A DNA stretch of 26,122 nucleotides from a virus (taxonomy: Duplodnaviria; Caudoviricetes), in the IMG/VR virus record IMGVR_UViG_3300042992_000187, positions 1-26,122 of that record; one strand, 5' to 3'. Made by a program: the position numbers and the translations under genes. How positions within the stretch are numbered: position 1 is the stretch's first letter; each line of letters starts with the position of its first letter. Below, one piece after another: positions 16,233 through 25,231 of the stretch. The notes beneath the pieces are model-generated. The model was not told where the DNA came from. It ran no database searches and saw nothing but the letters and a program-made list of their open reading frames with translations.

Positions 16233-17713
16233 TGGCGCTTCTGCCCCTCAAACTCCCGCCGGGCGTGTACCGCAACGGCACCGATTACCAGAGCCAAGCG
16301 CGGTTCTTTGACGCTAACCTTGTTCGGTGGTACTCCGATACGCTCCAGCCCATCAAGGGCTGGCGTAAACGTACCGAAACCCAACTGACGGGCGTTCCGC
16401 GCGCCATCCTGACGTGGCGGGCGAACAATGCCACCCGTTGGGCGGCCGTGGGAACGCACTCAAAGCTGTACGCGCTTGAAGGCGGTACGACGGTAGTGGA
16501 CATCACCCCAACCGGATTTACCGCCGGTAGCGCCAACGCCACCGCGTCTGTGGGCTTTGGTACCCAAGACTTTGGCGAATACGCCTACGGCGTTGCCCGT
16601 CCGTCCACCACTACGTCTGGCTCAACCCCGGCGTCCATGTGGCAGTTGGACACGTGGGGGGAATACCTTGTTGCTTGCGCACCGCACGACGGTAAGATTT
16701 ATGAATGGACGCTTAACACCGCTAACGACGCGGTAGCCATTACCAACGCCCCAACTAGCAACAAGGGCGTCGTTGTCACGTCTGAGCGCATTATGTTTGC
16801 GCTGGGCGCCAGCGGCAACCCCCGCCTGATTAAGTGGTCTGATGTCGAGGACAATACGGACTGGACGCCGTCGGCCACCAATCAGGCCGGTGACATCGAA
16901 CTTCAGACCCCCGGAACGATTCAATGCGGCCGTCGTGTCCGCGCCGGTACCTTGATTCTCACCGACTGCGACGCTTGGATTGCCCAGTACCAAGGCCCGC
17001 CCTTCGTGTATGGCTTTGACCGGGTCGGTACGGCGTGTGGCGTGGTATCCGCCGGCGCTGTGGCCACCGTGGAAACCTACGCCGTCTGGATGGGCGATTC
17101 GGGCTTCTGGATTTACGACGGGTACGTCAAGCCCTTGCCGTCCACCGTGTACGACTACGTCTTTAGCGACATCAACACCGCCCAGATTTCCAAGGTCGTG
17201 GCCTTCAACAATACGGCCTTTGGCGAGGTCTGGTGGCACTATCCGAGTTCAGCCAGTACCGAGAATGACCGTTACGTGGCGTGGAACTACCGCGAAAACA
17301 CATGGACGATTGGCCGACTCGCCCGCACCGCCGGCGATGATTCTGGCGTGTTTTCGTTGCCCATGCTGGTCAGCCCTGACGGCTACGTGTACGAGCATGA
17401 AGTGGGCTTCAACTATGACGGTGCTACGCCGTACGCCGAATCCGGCCCCATCGAGGTTGGCAACGGCGACAACGTGGTGATGATGCGCCAGATTGTGCCG
17501 GACGAAAAAACCCAAGGCGACGTACAGGCTCGGGTTTATGCGAAGTTCTTCCCGAACGGTGCGGAAACGGCCTTTGGCCCTTACGCCATGGGTCTGCCTA
17601 CGGACGTCCGTTTGACCGCCCGGCAAGTCCGTGTGCGCTTCGAGGGCGTACGTAACGCCGATTGGCGGGTGGGCATTATGCGTCTGGAAGGCGTCTTGGG
17701 CGGCAACCGATGA
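16232..17713 (+). CDS. tail nozzle / tail tubular protein B (P22 gp10-like role)
   Basis: 493 aa, beta-propeller-like; 'LKLPPGVYRNGT', 'IKWSD.ED.TDW.P.ATNQAG', 'WMG..GF..YDG', 'EVWW.YPS..NDRYV.WNY.E..W..G.L.RT'. Confidence 0.82.
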   Translation: MALLPLKLPPGVYRNGTDYQSQARFFDANLVRWYSDTLQPIKGWRKRTETQLTGVPRAILTWRANNATRWAAVGTHSKLYALEGGTTVVDITPTGFTAGSANATASVGFGTQDFGEYAYGVARPSTTTSGSTPASMWQLDTWGEYLVACAPHDGKIYEWTLNTANDAVAITNAPTSNKGVVVTSERIMFALGASGNPRLIKWSDVEDNTDWTPSATNQAGDIELQTPGTIQCGRRVRAGTLILTDCDAWIAQYQGPPFVYGFDRVGTACGVVSAGAVATVETYAVWMGDSGFWIYDGYVKPLPSTVYDYVFSDINTAQISKVVAFNNTAFGEVWWHYPSSASTENDRYVAWNYRENTWTIGRLARTAGDDSGVFSLPMLVSPDGYVYEHEVGFNYDGATPYAESGPIEVGNGDNVVMMRQIVPDEKTQGDVQARVYAKFFPNGAETAFGPYAMGLPTDVRLTARQVRVRFEGVRNADWRVGIMRLEGVLGGNR

Positions 17714-17916
17714 AGTTGCCCCGCCCGCCAGCCCGCTACGATGCTCGCTTTGCGGAATCCCAAAGCGCCGAAATTGAACGGGAGTTACAGCGTAGCCATA
17801 AGAAAAACGAGAATATAGAACTCGGTGCTACGGCCATCATTATGACGTCCCCGAACGGCACCCGCTATAAATTAACCGTTGACAATTCAGGCGTATTAGG
17901 CACAACTGCGCTATAA
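17710..17916 (+). CDS. small tail needle/plug-like protein, 68 aa
   Basis: ATGA overlap gives ATG 17710; short helix followed by 'IMTSPNGTRYKLTVDNSGVL'; follows the nozzle. Confidence 0.6.
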   Translation: MKLPRPPARYDARFAESQSAEIERELQRSHKKNENIELGATAIIMTSPNGTRYKLTVDNSGVLGTTAL

Positions 17917-17917
17917 T

Positions 17918-18292
17918 ATGGACAACATTATCCGCGAAAATGCCGAGAACGCCCGTCCATTTATTGAGGCGGCCTTGGAATATTCAGGCGGAAGTCACAA
18001 TTTTGAAGATATTGTTGACGGAATACTGTCCGGCGAAATGCAACTTTGGGCTACTGACAAAGCGGCATTAGTTACTGAAATCCACCTTTGCCCACGCAAA
18101 AAGCGGTTTCACGTCTTTCTCGCCGGTGGCGACCTTACCGAGATTAGACGGCTTGCGCCGATACTTACCGAATGGGCCAAGGGCCAAGGGTGCCAGCAGA
18201 TAACTCTTACTGGCCGTAGAGGCTGGGAACGCAGTTTCCTTCAACAAGACGGTTTTTCAACTTTACAATATACTTTATTTAAGGACATCTAA
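17918..18292 (+). CDS. GNAT-fold-like protein preceding the ejection proteins
   Basis: 'QLW..ALVTEI..FLAGGDL..WAK..GC..ITLTGRRGWER'; syntenic with the acetyltransferase-like genes of podoviruses. Confidence 0.65.
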   Translation: MDNIIRENAENARPFIEAALEYSGGSHNFEDIVDGILSGEMQLWATDKAALVTEIHLCPRKKRFHVFLAGGDLTEIRRLAPILTEWAKGQGCQQITLTGRRGWERSFLQQDGFSTLQYTLFKDI

Positions 18293-19446
18293 TGGGCAGT
18301 TCTTCCCAAAAGACCAAACAAACCATTGACCCGCGCCTTACTAACGCGGCGCTAAACGTCTTTGGTCAAGGTCAAGCCGCCGCTAATCAACTTGGCGTAC
18401 GTAATATTGCCGGCTTTACCCCAGACCAACTGGCCGCCATGGAAATGACACGTGGCGCGATTGGTACTGGCGCTGGCGCAGTTAATCAAGCCGTTGGTAC
18501 TGCTGGGCAAGTCGCTGGTTTTACGCCGGGTCAAGTTCAGGGTCAATCCTTCCTGAACGCCAACATCGGCGCATACATGAACCCCTACCTTCAGAACGTA
18601 GCGGGTAATGTCATGTCCGACCTTGACCGCCAACGTCTGATGCAACAAAACCAAAACGCCGCAAGTGCGTTTCAGGCTAAAGCCTTCGGCGGTTCGCGTC
18701 AAGGCGTTTTGGAAGCCGAAACCAACCGCGCCGCGCAAGAAAACGCCGCGCGTACCCTTACCGACCTGTATTCTGGCGGGTTCAATGCCGCCGCCCAACT
18801 TGCCGGTCAAGACCTCAGTTTTGCTCAACAAGCGGCTTTGGCAAACCAGCAAGCGGGCATTTCCGGTGCTGGCCTCAATCTGCAAGCCGCTGGCCAGTTG
18901 GGTCAACTTGGCGGGGCGCAACAAGCTATGTCGCAAGCCGACATCGCCGCCCTCGGCAACGTCGGTTCGATGCAACAGCAACTTGCTCAAGCCACTACCG
19001 ATGCCGAGCGTAACCTTATCCTTGAGAAGTTCCAGTTGCAACAAGGCGCTCTTGGTTCGCTGGCGCCGTTGGCTGGTAACGTCACATCTACCGCTAAAGT
19101 CACTCCTAGCTTCGGGCAAACCCTTGGCCAAGCCGCGCAAATCGCCGGTACGGCCATGATGTTTTCCGACCCGAGCATGAAAGAAAACGTCAAGCCGATG
19201 AAAGGCGCGCTGAAGAAACTTTCGTTCCTGAACGGTAGCACGTACAATTACATGGACGACGAAGACGAAACCCCGACTGGCGGTATCATGGCTACTGACG
19301 TCAAGAAAGTTATGCCGGGCGCTGTTAAAACTATGGATAACGGAAAGATGGCCGTTGACTACTCTAAGGTTACGGGTCTGCTGGTCGAAGCCGTTAAAGA
19401 ACTGGACGACAAAGTATCTAGCAAAAAGAAAGGTAAAAAAGCATGA
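18292..19446 (+). CDS. DNA ejection/pilot-like protein with C-terminal S74-like domain
   Basis: Gln/Ala/Gly-rich helical body ('YMNPY', 'AFGGSRQGV.EAE'); from 19165 'SDPSMKENV..GGIMATDV..MPGAV..VDYSKVTGLLVEAVKEL'. Confidence 0.75.
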   Translation: MGSSSQKTKQTIDPRLTNAALNVFGQGQAAANQLGVRNIAGFTPDQLAAMEMTRGAIGTGAGAVNQAVGTAGQVAGFTPGQVQGQSFLNANIGAYMNPYLQNVAGNVMSDLDRQRLMQQNQNAASAFQAKAFGGSRQGVLEAETNRAAQENAARTLTDLYSGGFNAAAQLAGQDLSFAQQAALANQQAGISGAGLNLQAAGQLGQLGGAQQAMSQADIAALGNVGSMQQQLAQATTDAERNLILEKFQLQQGALGSLAPLAGNVTSTAKVTPSFGQTLGQAAQIAGTAMMFSDPSMKENVKPMKGALKKLSFLNGSTYNYMDDEDETPTGGIMATDVKKVMPGAVKTMDNGKMAVDYSKVTGLLVEAVKELDDKVSSKKKGKKA

Positions 19447-19838
19447 ACTTCAACTTTCTCGGCAAGAAAGACCCGTACATGGGGATGAACCCCGGCATGA
19501 CCGATACCGAAATGGCGTTGCTGGCCGGTAGCGGTGCGTCCAACCAGATGATGGCCAACGCCCAGATGGGGGGTATGCGTAACTTTGCTCCGGTTGATAA
19601 AATTGTTCCGAACACCCAAGCTATGCCCTCGCCGGCATCTAGCGGTATGAGCATGAGCGATATGGGCCAAGGCTTGTCTGCGCTTGGCGGTATGCTTGGC
19701 GAACAGCAACAAATGGCCCCCGTTGAGTTTGCGCCAGTCCCAATGCCGCAACAAACCGCCCTGCCCAATCTTACCCCGCAACTCGCGCAGTTCGATTTCG
19801 CGGACTATCTTCGTAAACGTCAAGCCGGACTACTGTAA
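19443..19838 (+). CDS. Met/Gln/Pro-rich low-complexity protein (probable internal virion protein)
   Basis: Translationally coupled on both sides (ATGA, TAATG) within the ejection cluster. Confidence 0.65.
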   Translation: MNFNFLGKKDPYMGMNPGMTDTEMALLAGSGASNQMMANAQMGGMRNFAPVDKIVPNTQAMPSPASSGMSMSDMGQGLSALGGMLGEQQQMAPVEFAPVPMPQQTALPNLTPQLAQFDFADYLRKRQAGLL

Positions 19839-21238
19839 TGGCCTATAATCCTCAGATGGAACAACTCAGGGCGTTGCAAGCCTTGACGCAACAAATTACC
19901 AACCAGTACGGCGGTGGAAATGACGTTAAGAGTGGCATATTGCAGAACGAAGCTTATGTTCAGGGCGCGCGCCAGCTAGGCTTGACTGATGCGGACATCG
20001 CCCAGACGATACGTGGCGTTCCGTGGAACGATTCGACCCGATACATTCCAGCCCAGCCTACGCCCCAACAAGGTTTAATGGCAGACGAACTTGGCCCCGC
20101 GCCGGCTGATGCTATTTCCGGCACTATACCCGCGCCAGCCGCGCCGGCTCCGATGGCCGCACAGCCGGAAGCCCAACAAGGCCAGCCGTCGTTCTTCCAG
20201 CGCGTGGGCCAGCGCTTCGACCAAGCCGCTACCGGCGGTATCATCGACCCGAACACGCTGACCAAAGACCAGCGCCGGATGCTTCGCGGCCAACTGCTGA
20301 TGAACGTCGGCGGTGCGCTGTCGCAGAACCGCCCGATTGGCGAAGGTTTCCAACAGCAATACAATATGCTGACTAAGCGGCAAGCCGACGAGCAAGCCAA
20401 ACAGATTGAAACCACCCGAAAGAACATTCTTTCTGGCGCCGACATATCGACGAAAGAAGGCGTTATGGCCCTCTTGCCGCAACTGGCTAAAGCCGGTCTG
20501 CAAGATGATTTGTTCAAGTTTTCCAACTATCTCCAAACTGCGTTCCCCGAGTCGCTTGGATTTGTAAACACGTCTAATGGAACGCTGATTTTTGACAAAA
20601 CAAAAGACCCGTTCAATGCGGATGGAACGCCGAATTTACGCGTCGGGTTTATAATGCCGGGTACTGCTCCTAGCACCAATATGACAGAAGAACAGCGCGC
20701 CCGAATAGAGTTGGATAAGGCTAGATTCGGACTGGACCAGCGTAAATTCGAGTTTGACCAAGAAAAAACCCGACGTGAAGCCGCGGCAAAAGGCGTGGAA
20801 GGCGGATTTAACCCGCGCCAGCAAGTCGGCGCCAGCGCCATGGTAAACAACGCGTACAACTATGTTGAAAAGCTGACGGGCTTGCCTCGTTCGCAAATAG
20901 AAGGAAAAACCCCGGCACAAATTGAGCAACTGATAATTCAAAATGGACGGCGCTTATTCCAAGGCCCGGGTCTTGGCGACATTCCGGTCTTGTCCACTCT
21001 TGCTAATCGTGACCTAGAAGCCTACTCGATGGGCATGGCGCAAGGCCAAGCGGCGATTAACAACCCGACTGGTCAGATTACCGGCCCCGACCTTGATGCG
21101 GCGCTTCGTCAACAGCCTAACCCACGTCAGGATATTGAAACTCAAGCGCGTTTGCTTCGTCAAACTTTTGACTCTGCTCTTGGCGGTAGCAAGCCCGCAC
21201 AATACCAACCGCCGTGGTCTATTCAAAGGATTAAATAA
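19838..21238 (+). CDS. probable internal virion/ejection protein
   Basis: 466 aa, Gln/Ala/Pro-rich, coupled start and stop; assignment by position only. Confidence 0.6.
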   Translation: MAYNPQMEQLRALQALTQQITNQYGGGNDVKSGILQNEAYVQGARQLGLTDADIAQTIRGVPWNDSTRYIPAQPTPQQGLMADELGPAPADAISGTIPAPAAPAPMAAQPEAQQGQPSFFQRVGQRFDQAATGGIIDPNTLTKDQRRMLRGQLLMNVGGALSQNRPIGEGFQQQYNMLTKRQADEQAKQIETTRKNILSGADISTKEGVMALLPQLAKAGLQDDLFKFSNYLQTAFPESLGFVNTSNGTLIFDKTKDPFNADGTPNLRVGFIMPGTAPSTNMTEEQRARIELDKARFGLDQRKFEFDQEKTRREAAAKGVEGGFNPRQQVGASAMVNNAYNYVEKLTGLPRSQIEGKTPAQIEQLIIQNGRRLFQGPGLGDIPVLSTLANRDLEAYSMGMAQGQAAINNPTGQITGPDLDAALRQQPNPRQDIETQARLLRQTFDSALGGSKPAQYQPPWSIQRIK

Positions 21239-23391
21239 TGGCGCAATTTAAGGTCACAGACCCAGAAACAGGCAAATCGTATATCGTTGATGCGGCTGAA
21301 AACGCTACGCCAGAACAACTTACCGCTTTGGCGAAGCAACAAGCTAGTCCAAGCCAAGGTGTAACGCAACAGCCGACGTTAAGCGCCAGAGATATTGCTT
21401 TGGGAACCGCCCGTAACTTTATGCAAGGTGTTACGTTGGGCGGCGGCGATGAATTAGAGGCACTTATCGCCAAGGGTTTGGATGTTGCCGGCGTTCCTTC
21501 TAGTATAACTGGTGCGCCAAGCGGATACACCGTTGAACAATATCGCCAAATGCTGGAAAACCAGCGCCTTGGCGTGTCGCAACAGTTCCCCGCTTTGTCC
21601 GCCGGCGCTGAACTTGCTGGGGCAATCCCCACGGCGATAACTACGGCGGGCACGGCTATGCCCGTTCAAAGCGCGCGCGTTGCCGCCGCGCCGGCATCTA
21701 TTGCGCTTGGCGAACAAGTCGCCACTAAAGTCGCACCGTCGCTCGGCCGTCAAACGGCTACTGGCGCGGGTATTGGCGGGCTTCTCGGCGGTGTGACTGC
21801 ATTTAACAAGGGCGAAGGCGACGTAGGGCAACGGTCCATGGACGCCACTACTGGCGCCGCCCTAGGTACGTTGTTTGGCGGCGCGGCCCCGCTTGTGATG
21901 GCGGCGGGGGGCAAAGGTTTGGACTTTGTAAAAACGTTATGGCGCGGTGGTCAAACGCCGGAAGCGGTATCGAATAAAGCCAATCAACTTATCCTTCAAT
22001 CGCTTGCTCGGGATGAAGTTAATTTAGGCCAAGCGGCATCGCGCGCTCAACAACTTGAGAAAAAAGGCGTTCCAGATGTAATGTTGCCAGAAGTTGCTGG
22101 CCGGGCCACTACACAACGCCTTTCCGCCGCCGCAAACTACCCGGGTGGTGGTATTGACAAGACGGCCGACCAGCTTACCAAAAACGTCCAACAGCAAAGC
22201 ATATTATTGCCGCAATACTTTTCAGAAGCGGCGGGTATTCCGCGAGTAAACAGTACCGCCGTCATTGATGATATTTTGGCTAAACGCAAAGCAACAGCTG
22301 GGCCGTTGTATAAACGTGCGTACACGGTTGATGCCGAAGGAAAAATCCTACGCTATGTGAATAACCCAGAAATAAATAAATTGCTGAAACTACCACAGTT
22401 CAAAAAAGCGGCTGATTCTGCTACCGAACTTCTGCAAGCGGAAGGAACTATCCCGGTTGGTGCTAAAGTTGACCTGACACCTACCGTTCAAAATCTTGAC
22501 AATATTAAACGCGGTTTGGATGACCTTATTAATAATCAAACCGATTCGGTAACTGGTAAAGTATCTCCACTCGGTGCAGTTTACATAAATACCAAGAAAC
22601 AATTCTTAGATGCCATTGACGCCGCCGTGCCAGAATACAAAGCGGCCCGCGCGGTATATGCTGGCGATACAGAGGCCGCTAACTCCGTTAAACTTGGCCG
22701 TCGTATTGTGGAAGCTGGTGAAGACGAATGGCGCGGAATTCAAAAGCAATTTCAAGCCATGTCGCCGTCGAATCGCGCACTTTCCGCGTATGGCGCTTTG
22801 GATGAACTTGGTATTCAAATTGAACGTGCGGGGCAAGCGTATGGCGGTAAAGCCCCAGACGTCACTCGTTTTGCTACTGGTATTCAAAACGCAAAACGGC
22901 TAGAATCATTTATACCATCAAAACAAGACCGCGTTTTGTTTCGGGAACGCGTTTCCGCGTTACAAGAAAAAGCCCAAGTACGAAACGCCGTTTTGTCGGG
23001 TTCCAGAACGGCCCCAATGGCCGCTGAAATGCAAGATATGGCCGGCGGGCCGACATCTGGCGTACTGTCTTCGCTTGCCGCTGGCAATCCGACGCCGGGC
23101 GTAACGCAAAAAATAGCTGAATGGATTCAGAATCGCCGCGAAGGCGTTACCGAGCAAGTTGCCAAGGATATGGCGTCAAAACTGACTCTATCTGGGCCGG
23201 CGTTGCAAGACTATCTGGCCTCGTTGATTCCGTATCAGCGCAAATTGTTTATGGATGCCCGCCGCCAAGCCGGAATCCGCGCCACCGCATCTGGCGTTGG
23301 CGGTTATTCTGGTGGCGCTCTGCCAACCATCAACAAACGGCCGAGTTCTGGCCCAACCACCCGTGGCGGTGCGCGCGGTCTTCTCGACTAA
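21238..23391 (+). CDS. large internal virion/ejection protein
   Basis: 717 aa; Gly/Ala-rich hydrophobic segments then a helical domain ('PLY..AY', 'LD.IKR.LDD', 'VPEYKAARA.YAG', 'GSRTA'); last large late gene. Confidence 0.7.
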   Translation: MAQFKVTDPETGKSYIVDAAENATPEQLTALAKQQASPSQGVTQQPTLSARDIALGTARNFMQGVTLGGGDELEALIAKGLDVAGVPSSITGAPSGYTVEQYRQMLENQRLGVSQQFPALSAGAELAGAIPTAITTAGTAMPVQSARVAAAPASIALGEQVATKVAPSLGRQTATGAGIGGLLGGVTAFNKGEGDVGQRSMDATTGAALGTLFGGAAPLVMAAGGKGLDFVKTLWRGGQTPEAVSNKANQLILQSLARDEVNLGQAASRAQQLEKKGVPDVMLPEVAGRATTQRLSAAANYPGGGIDKTADQLTKNVQQQSILLPQYFSEAAGIPRVNSTAVIDDILAKRKATAGPLYKRAYTVDAEGKILRYVNNPEINKLLKLPQFKKAADSATELLQAEGTIPVGAKVDLTPTVQNLDNIKRGLDDLINNQTDSVTGKVSPLGAVYINTKKQFLDAIDAAVPEYKAARAVYAGDTEAANSVKLGRRIVEAGEDEWRGIQKQFQAMSPSNRALSAYGALDELGIQIERAGQAYGGKAPDVTRFATGIQNAKRLESFIPSKQDRVLFRERVSALQEKAQVRNAVLSGSRTAPMAAEMQDMAGGPTSGVLSSLAAGNPTPGVTQKIAEWIQNRREGVTEQVAKDMASKLTLSGPALQDYLASLIPYQRKLFMDARRQAGIRATASGVGGYSGGALPTINKRPSSGPTTRGGARGLLD

Positions 23392-23402
23392 AAGGAACAG
23401 CT

Positions 23403-23537
23403 ATGCCCCTGAAGAAAGGTAAATCCCAAAAGGTCATTTCGTCCAACATCCGAGCCGAGATGAAGGCCGGCAAGCCGCAGAAGCAAGCGATTGCCATCGC
23501 CATGTCTAAAGCGGGCATGAGCAAAAAGAAAAAGTAA
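23403..23537 (+). CDS. small basic protein, 44 aa (MPLKKGKSQKVISSNI...KQAIAIAMSKAG)
   Basis: SD AAGGA 7 nt upstream of ATG 23403; Lys-rich; followed by a terminator. This is the real part of the 23121-23537 ORF. Confidence 0.85.
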   Translation: MPLKKGKSQKVISSNIRAEMKAGKPQKQAIAIAMSKAGMSKKKK

Positions 23538-23541
23538 CAAC

Positions 23542-23571
23542 AACCCCGCCAATCGGCGGGGTTTATCTTTT
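23542..23571. terminator. intrinsic terminator between convergent operons (probably bidirectional)
   Basis: AACCCCGCC-AATC-GGCGGGGTT then TATCTTTT; A-rich on the other side; same stem core as the 2921 terminator. Confidence 0.8.
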
Positions 23572-23591
23572 AGCGTATTTGCATAAGTTAT

Positions 23592-23804
23592 TTACGTATT
23601 CCGGCCATTTTGTAAACTCATGCGCTCTCTGTGTTCGTAATCGTCCCGGCAATCCTTATCGCAGAACAGCGCCGCCGTCTTAACCGGCGATTCGCAGTTG
23701 TAGCAAAACCCGGTAAACTCCATGCGAGTCACTACCCTGTTCTTGGTTTGCAGTTCAATCATCTGCTCGGAAATCTGTTGGGCCAAATCAGCTTCGTCTG
23801 CCAT
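23592..23804 (-). CDS. TraR/DksA-like C4 zinc-finger protein
   Basis: N-terminal DEADLA (DxxDxA) helix; CYNC...CDKDC; 70 aa. Confidence 0.8.
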   Translation of the reverse strand: MADEADLAQQISEQMIELQTKNRVVTRMEFTGFCYNCESPVKTAALFCDKDCRDDYEHRERMSLQNGRNT

Positions 23805-23807
23805 AAG

Positions 23808-24098
23808 TCACTCGTTAAATTCTAAGGTTGCCATTATTTGTAACACAGCTTCCGATAAGCCGTCAACAAATCCTTCGTTTTCGGACAAATCAGGGCGTCC
23901 CATGTGGTCTAAAACACAATGGACAACCTCGTGGGCAAAGACTTGAGCGTAAAAATGCTCAGACCATTCCTTGCGGGGCTTGGCCAAGCATATCATCTTT
24001 TCCTCTTGGCGCCACTCCCCGTGGGCATCCTTTAACCGGACGCCCTTCTTAACGGTTATGGTATGGACGCCAAGTTTGAAGCTGTCCGGGATTTTCAT
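23808..24098 (-). CDS. small HEXXH (zincin-like) protein
   Basis: 'FAHEVVHC' followed by 'E.FVD.LS'; ATGA-type overlap with the upstream gene. Confidence 0.72.
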   Translation of the reverse strand: MKIPDSFKLGVHTITVKKGVRLKDAHGEWRQEEKMICLAKPRKEWSEHFYAQVFAHEVVHCVLDHMGRPDLSENEGFVDGLSEAVLQIMATLEFNE

Positions 24099-25222
24099 TT
24101 AACCATCCTTGAGTTAATACGCACTCGGCCGACTTCGCCGTGTTCCGCATGGTACGTAATGACTTGCGCGTCGCGCCCGCTAATCCAGCCGCCACGAGAG
24201 GCGTAGGCGTCGGGGGCCGCCAGCGTACGGTGCTGTTCCACGACCATTAGGTTGGTTTCCTTCTGGTCGATGTGGTGCAAGTGGCCCATGTGGGCATAAC
24301 TGTATTTGGTACGGCCAAAGACCTCGCGGAACTTGGCGGTAAAGACGCTGTCCACGTTGGCCGGGCGGCGTTTGTGGCCGTGATGGAAGAACAGGCTGGT
24401 CTGGCCATGCTCGACGCAGTAGTACGGGTCCGGCGAAGTTTCTACCGTAACGCGCGGCTCGTTTTCGTACAGAACGCATAACCATTCGCGGAGCCAGATG
24501 GAACTCGCCGGGTCGTGGTTGCCTTCGGCGGCCAGAATATGAACGTGCGGGTATTTCCGCAACAGCATATCAATTACCGTCCGCACGACCTTGATGGCAA
24601 CACGGACTAGCTTCTGGAAGCGCGTGTCGGCGTCAAGCAAGTGCTTGCTCGCCGGCGTTACTGCGTCCATGCCGTCCCAATGTAGGAAGTCGCCCAGCTG
24701 GGCAAAGATGGCTTTGTCGGCCTTGGGTGCCATCTTGATGGCGGTGGCAAACCAGTCAATCAAAAGGTTCTCGGCGATTTCCAAATCCCAATCTTCGCCG
24801 GTTTCCTCGTGCCACGAGAGCATCCCTAGGTGGTAGTCGGTGATGACGTAACAGTTTAGAAGGTCTGTCGGCGCGCGCTCTGGGGCCTTAACCGGCTTGG
24901 CCCGCGGCAGTTGTTCCTTGAGCGCATCAAATACCTCGCGCATAAGGTCTTCCGCCTTCTGCTTTTCATCGGCCTTAGACTTGACCCATTGAATCTTGAT
25001 GTTGCCTTCGTCATCGTACAGGGTGGAAACACCGCCGACGGAATAGCCGGGCGGTACCGCTTTGGTCATGCCGTAGTCAGGGGCGTAACCGCGCGCAATC
25101 ATGCGCTCGACTCGGCGTTGTACGGAGCGTAAGTTCATGCCCAGCTTGTTTGCTACTCGGCTCTTGTTGCCCTTGAACTCGTCAAGGGCGGCTACAAAAT
25201 CGGCTTCAGAAATAATGTCCAT
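24095..25222 (-). CDS. calcineurin-like metallophosphoesterase with N-terminal HTH
   Basis: Motifs TDYHLG, LGDFLH, GNHD, HHGH, GHLHH; N-terminal 'GNKSRVANKLGMNLRSVQRR' HTH; SD AAGGA. Confidence 0.88.
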   Translation of the reverse strand: MDIISEADFVAALDEFKGNKSRVANKLGMNLRSVQRRVERMIARGYAPDYGMTKAVPPGYSVGGVSTLYDDEGNIKIQWVKSKADEKQKAEDLMREVFDALKEQLPRAKPVKAPERAPTDLLNCYVITDYHLGMLSWHEETGEDWDLEIAENLLIDWFATAIKMAPKADKAIFAQLGDFLHWDGMDAVTPASKHLLDADTRFQKLVRVAIKVVRTVIDMLLRKYPHVHILAAEGNHDPASSIWLREWLCVLYENEPRVTVETSPDPYYCVEHGQTSLFFHHGHKRRPANVDSVFTAKFREVFGRTKYSYAHMGHLHHIDQKETNLMVVEQHRTLAAPDAYASRGGWISGRDAQVITYHAEHGEVGRVRINSRMVK

Positions 25223-25231
25223 AATCAGTCC

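Noticed and set aside
17879-17917. TTGACA and TATAAT near the GNAT-like gene
   Set aside because: The boxes are about 27 nt apart and TATAAT abuts the ATG, which is not a workable promoter geometry.
23121-23402. 5' part of the 138-aa ORF 23121-23537
   Set aside because: Out-of-frame overlap with the 717-aa gene; the real start is ATG 23403 with an SD.
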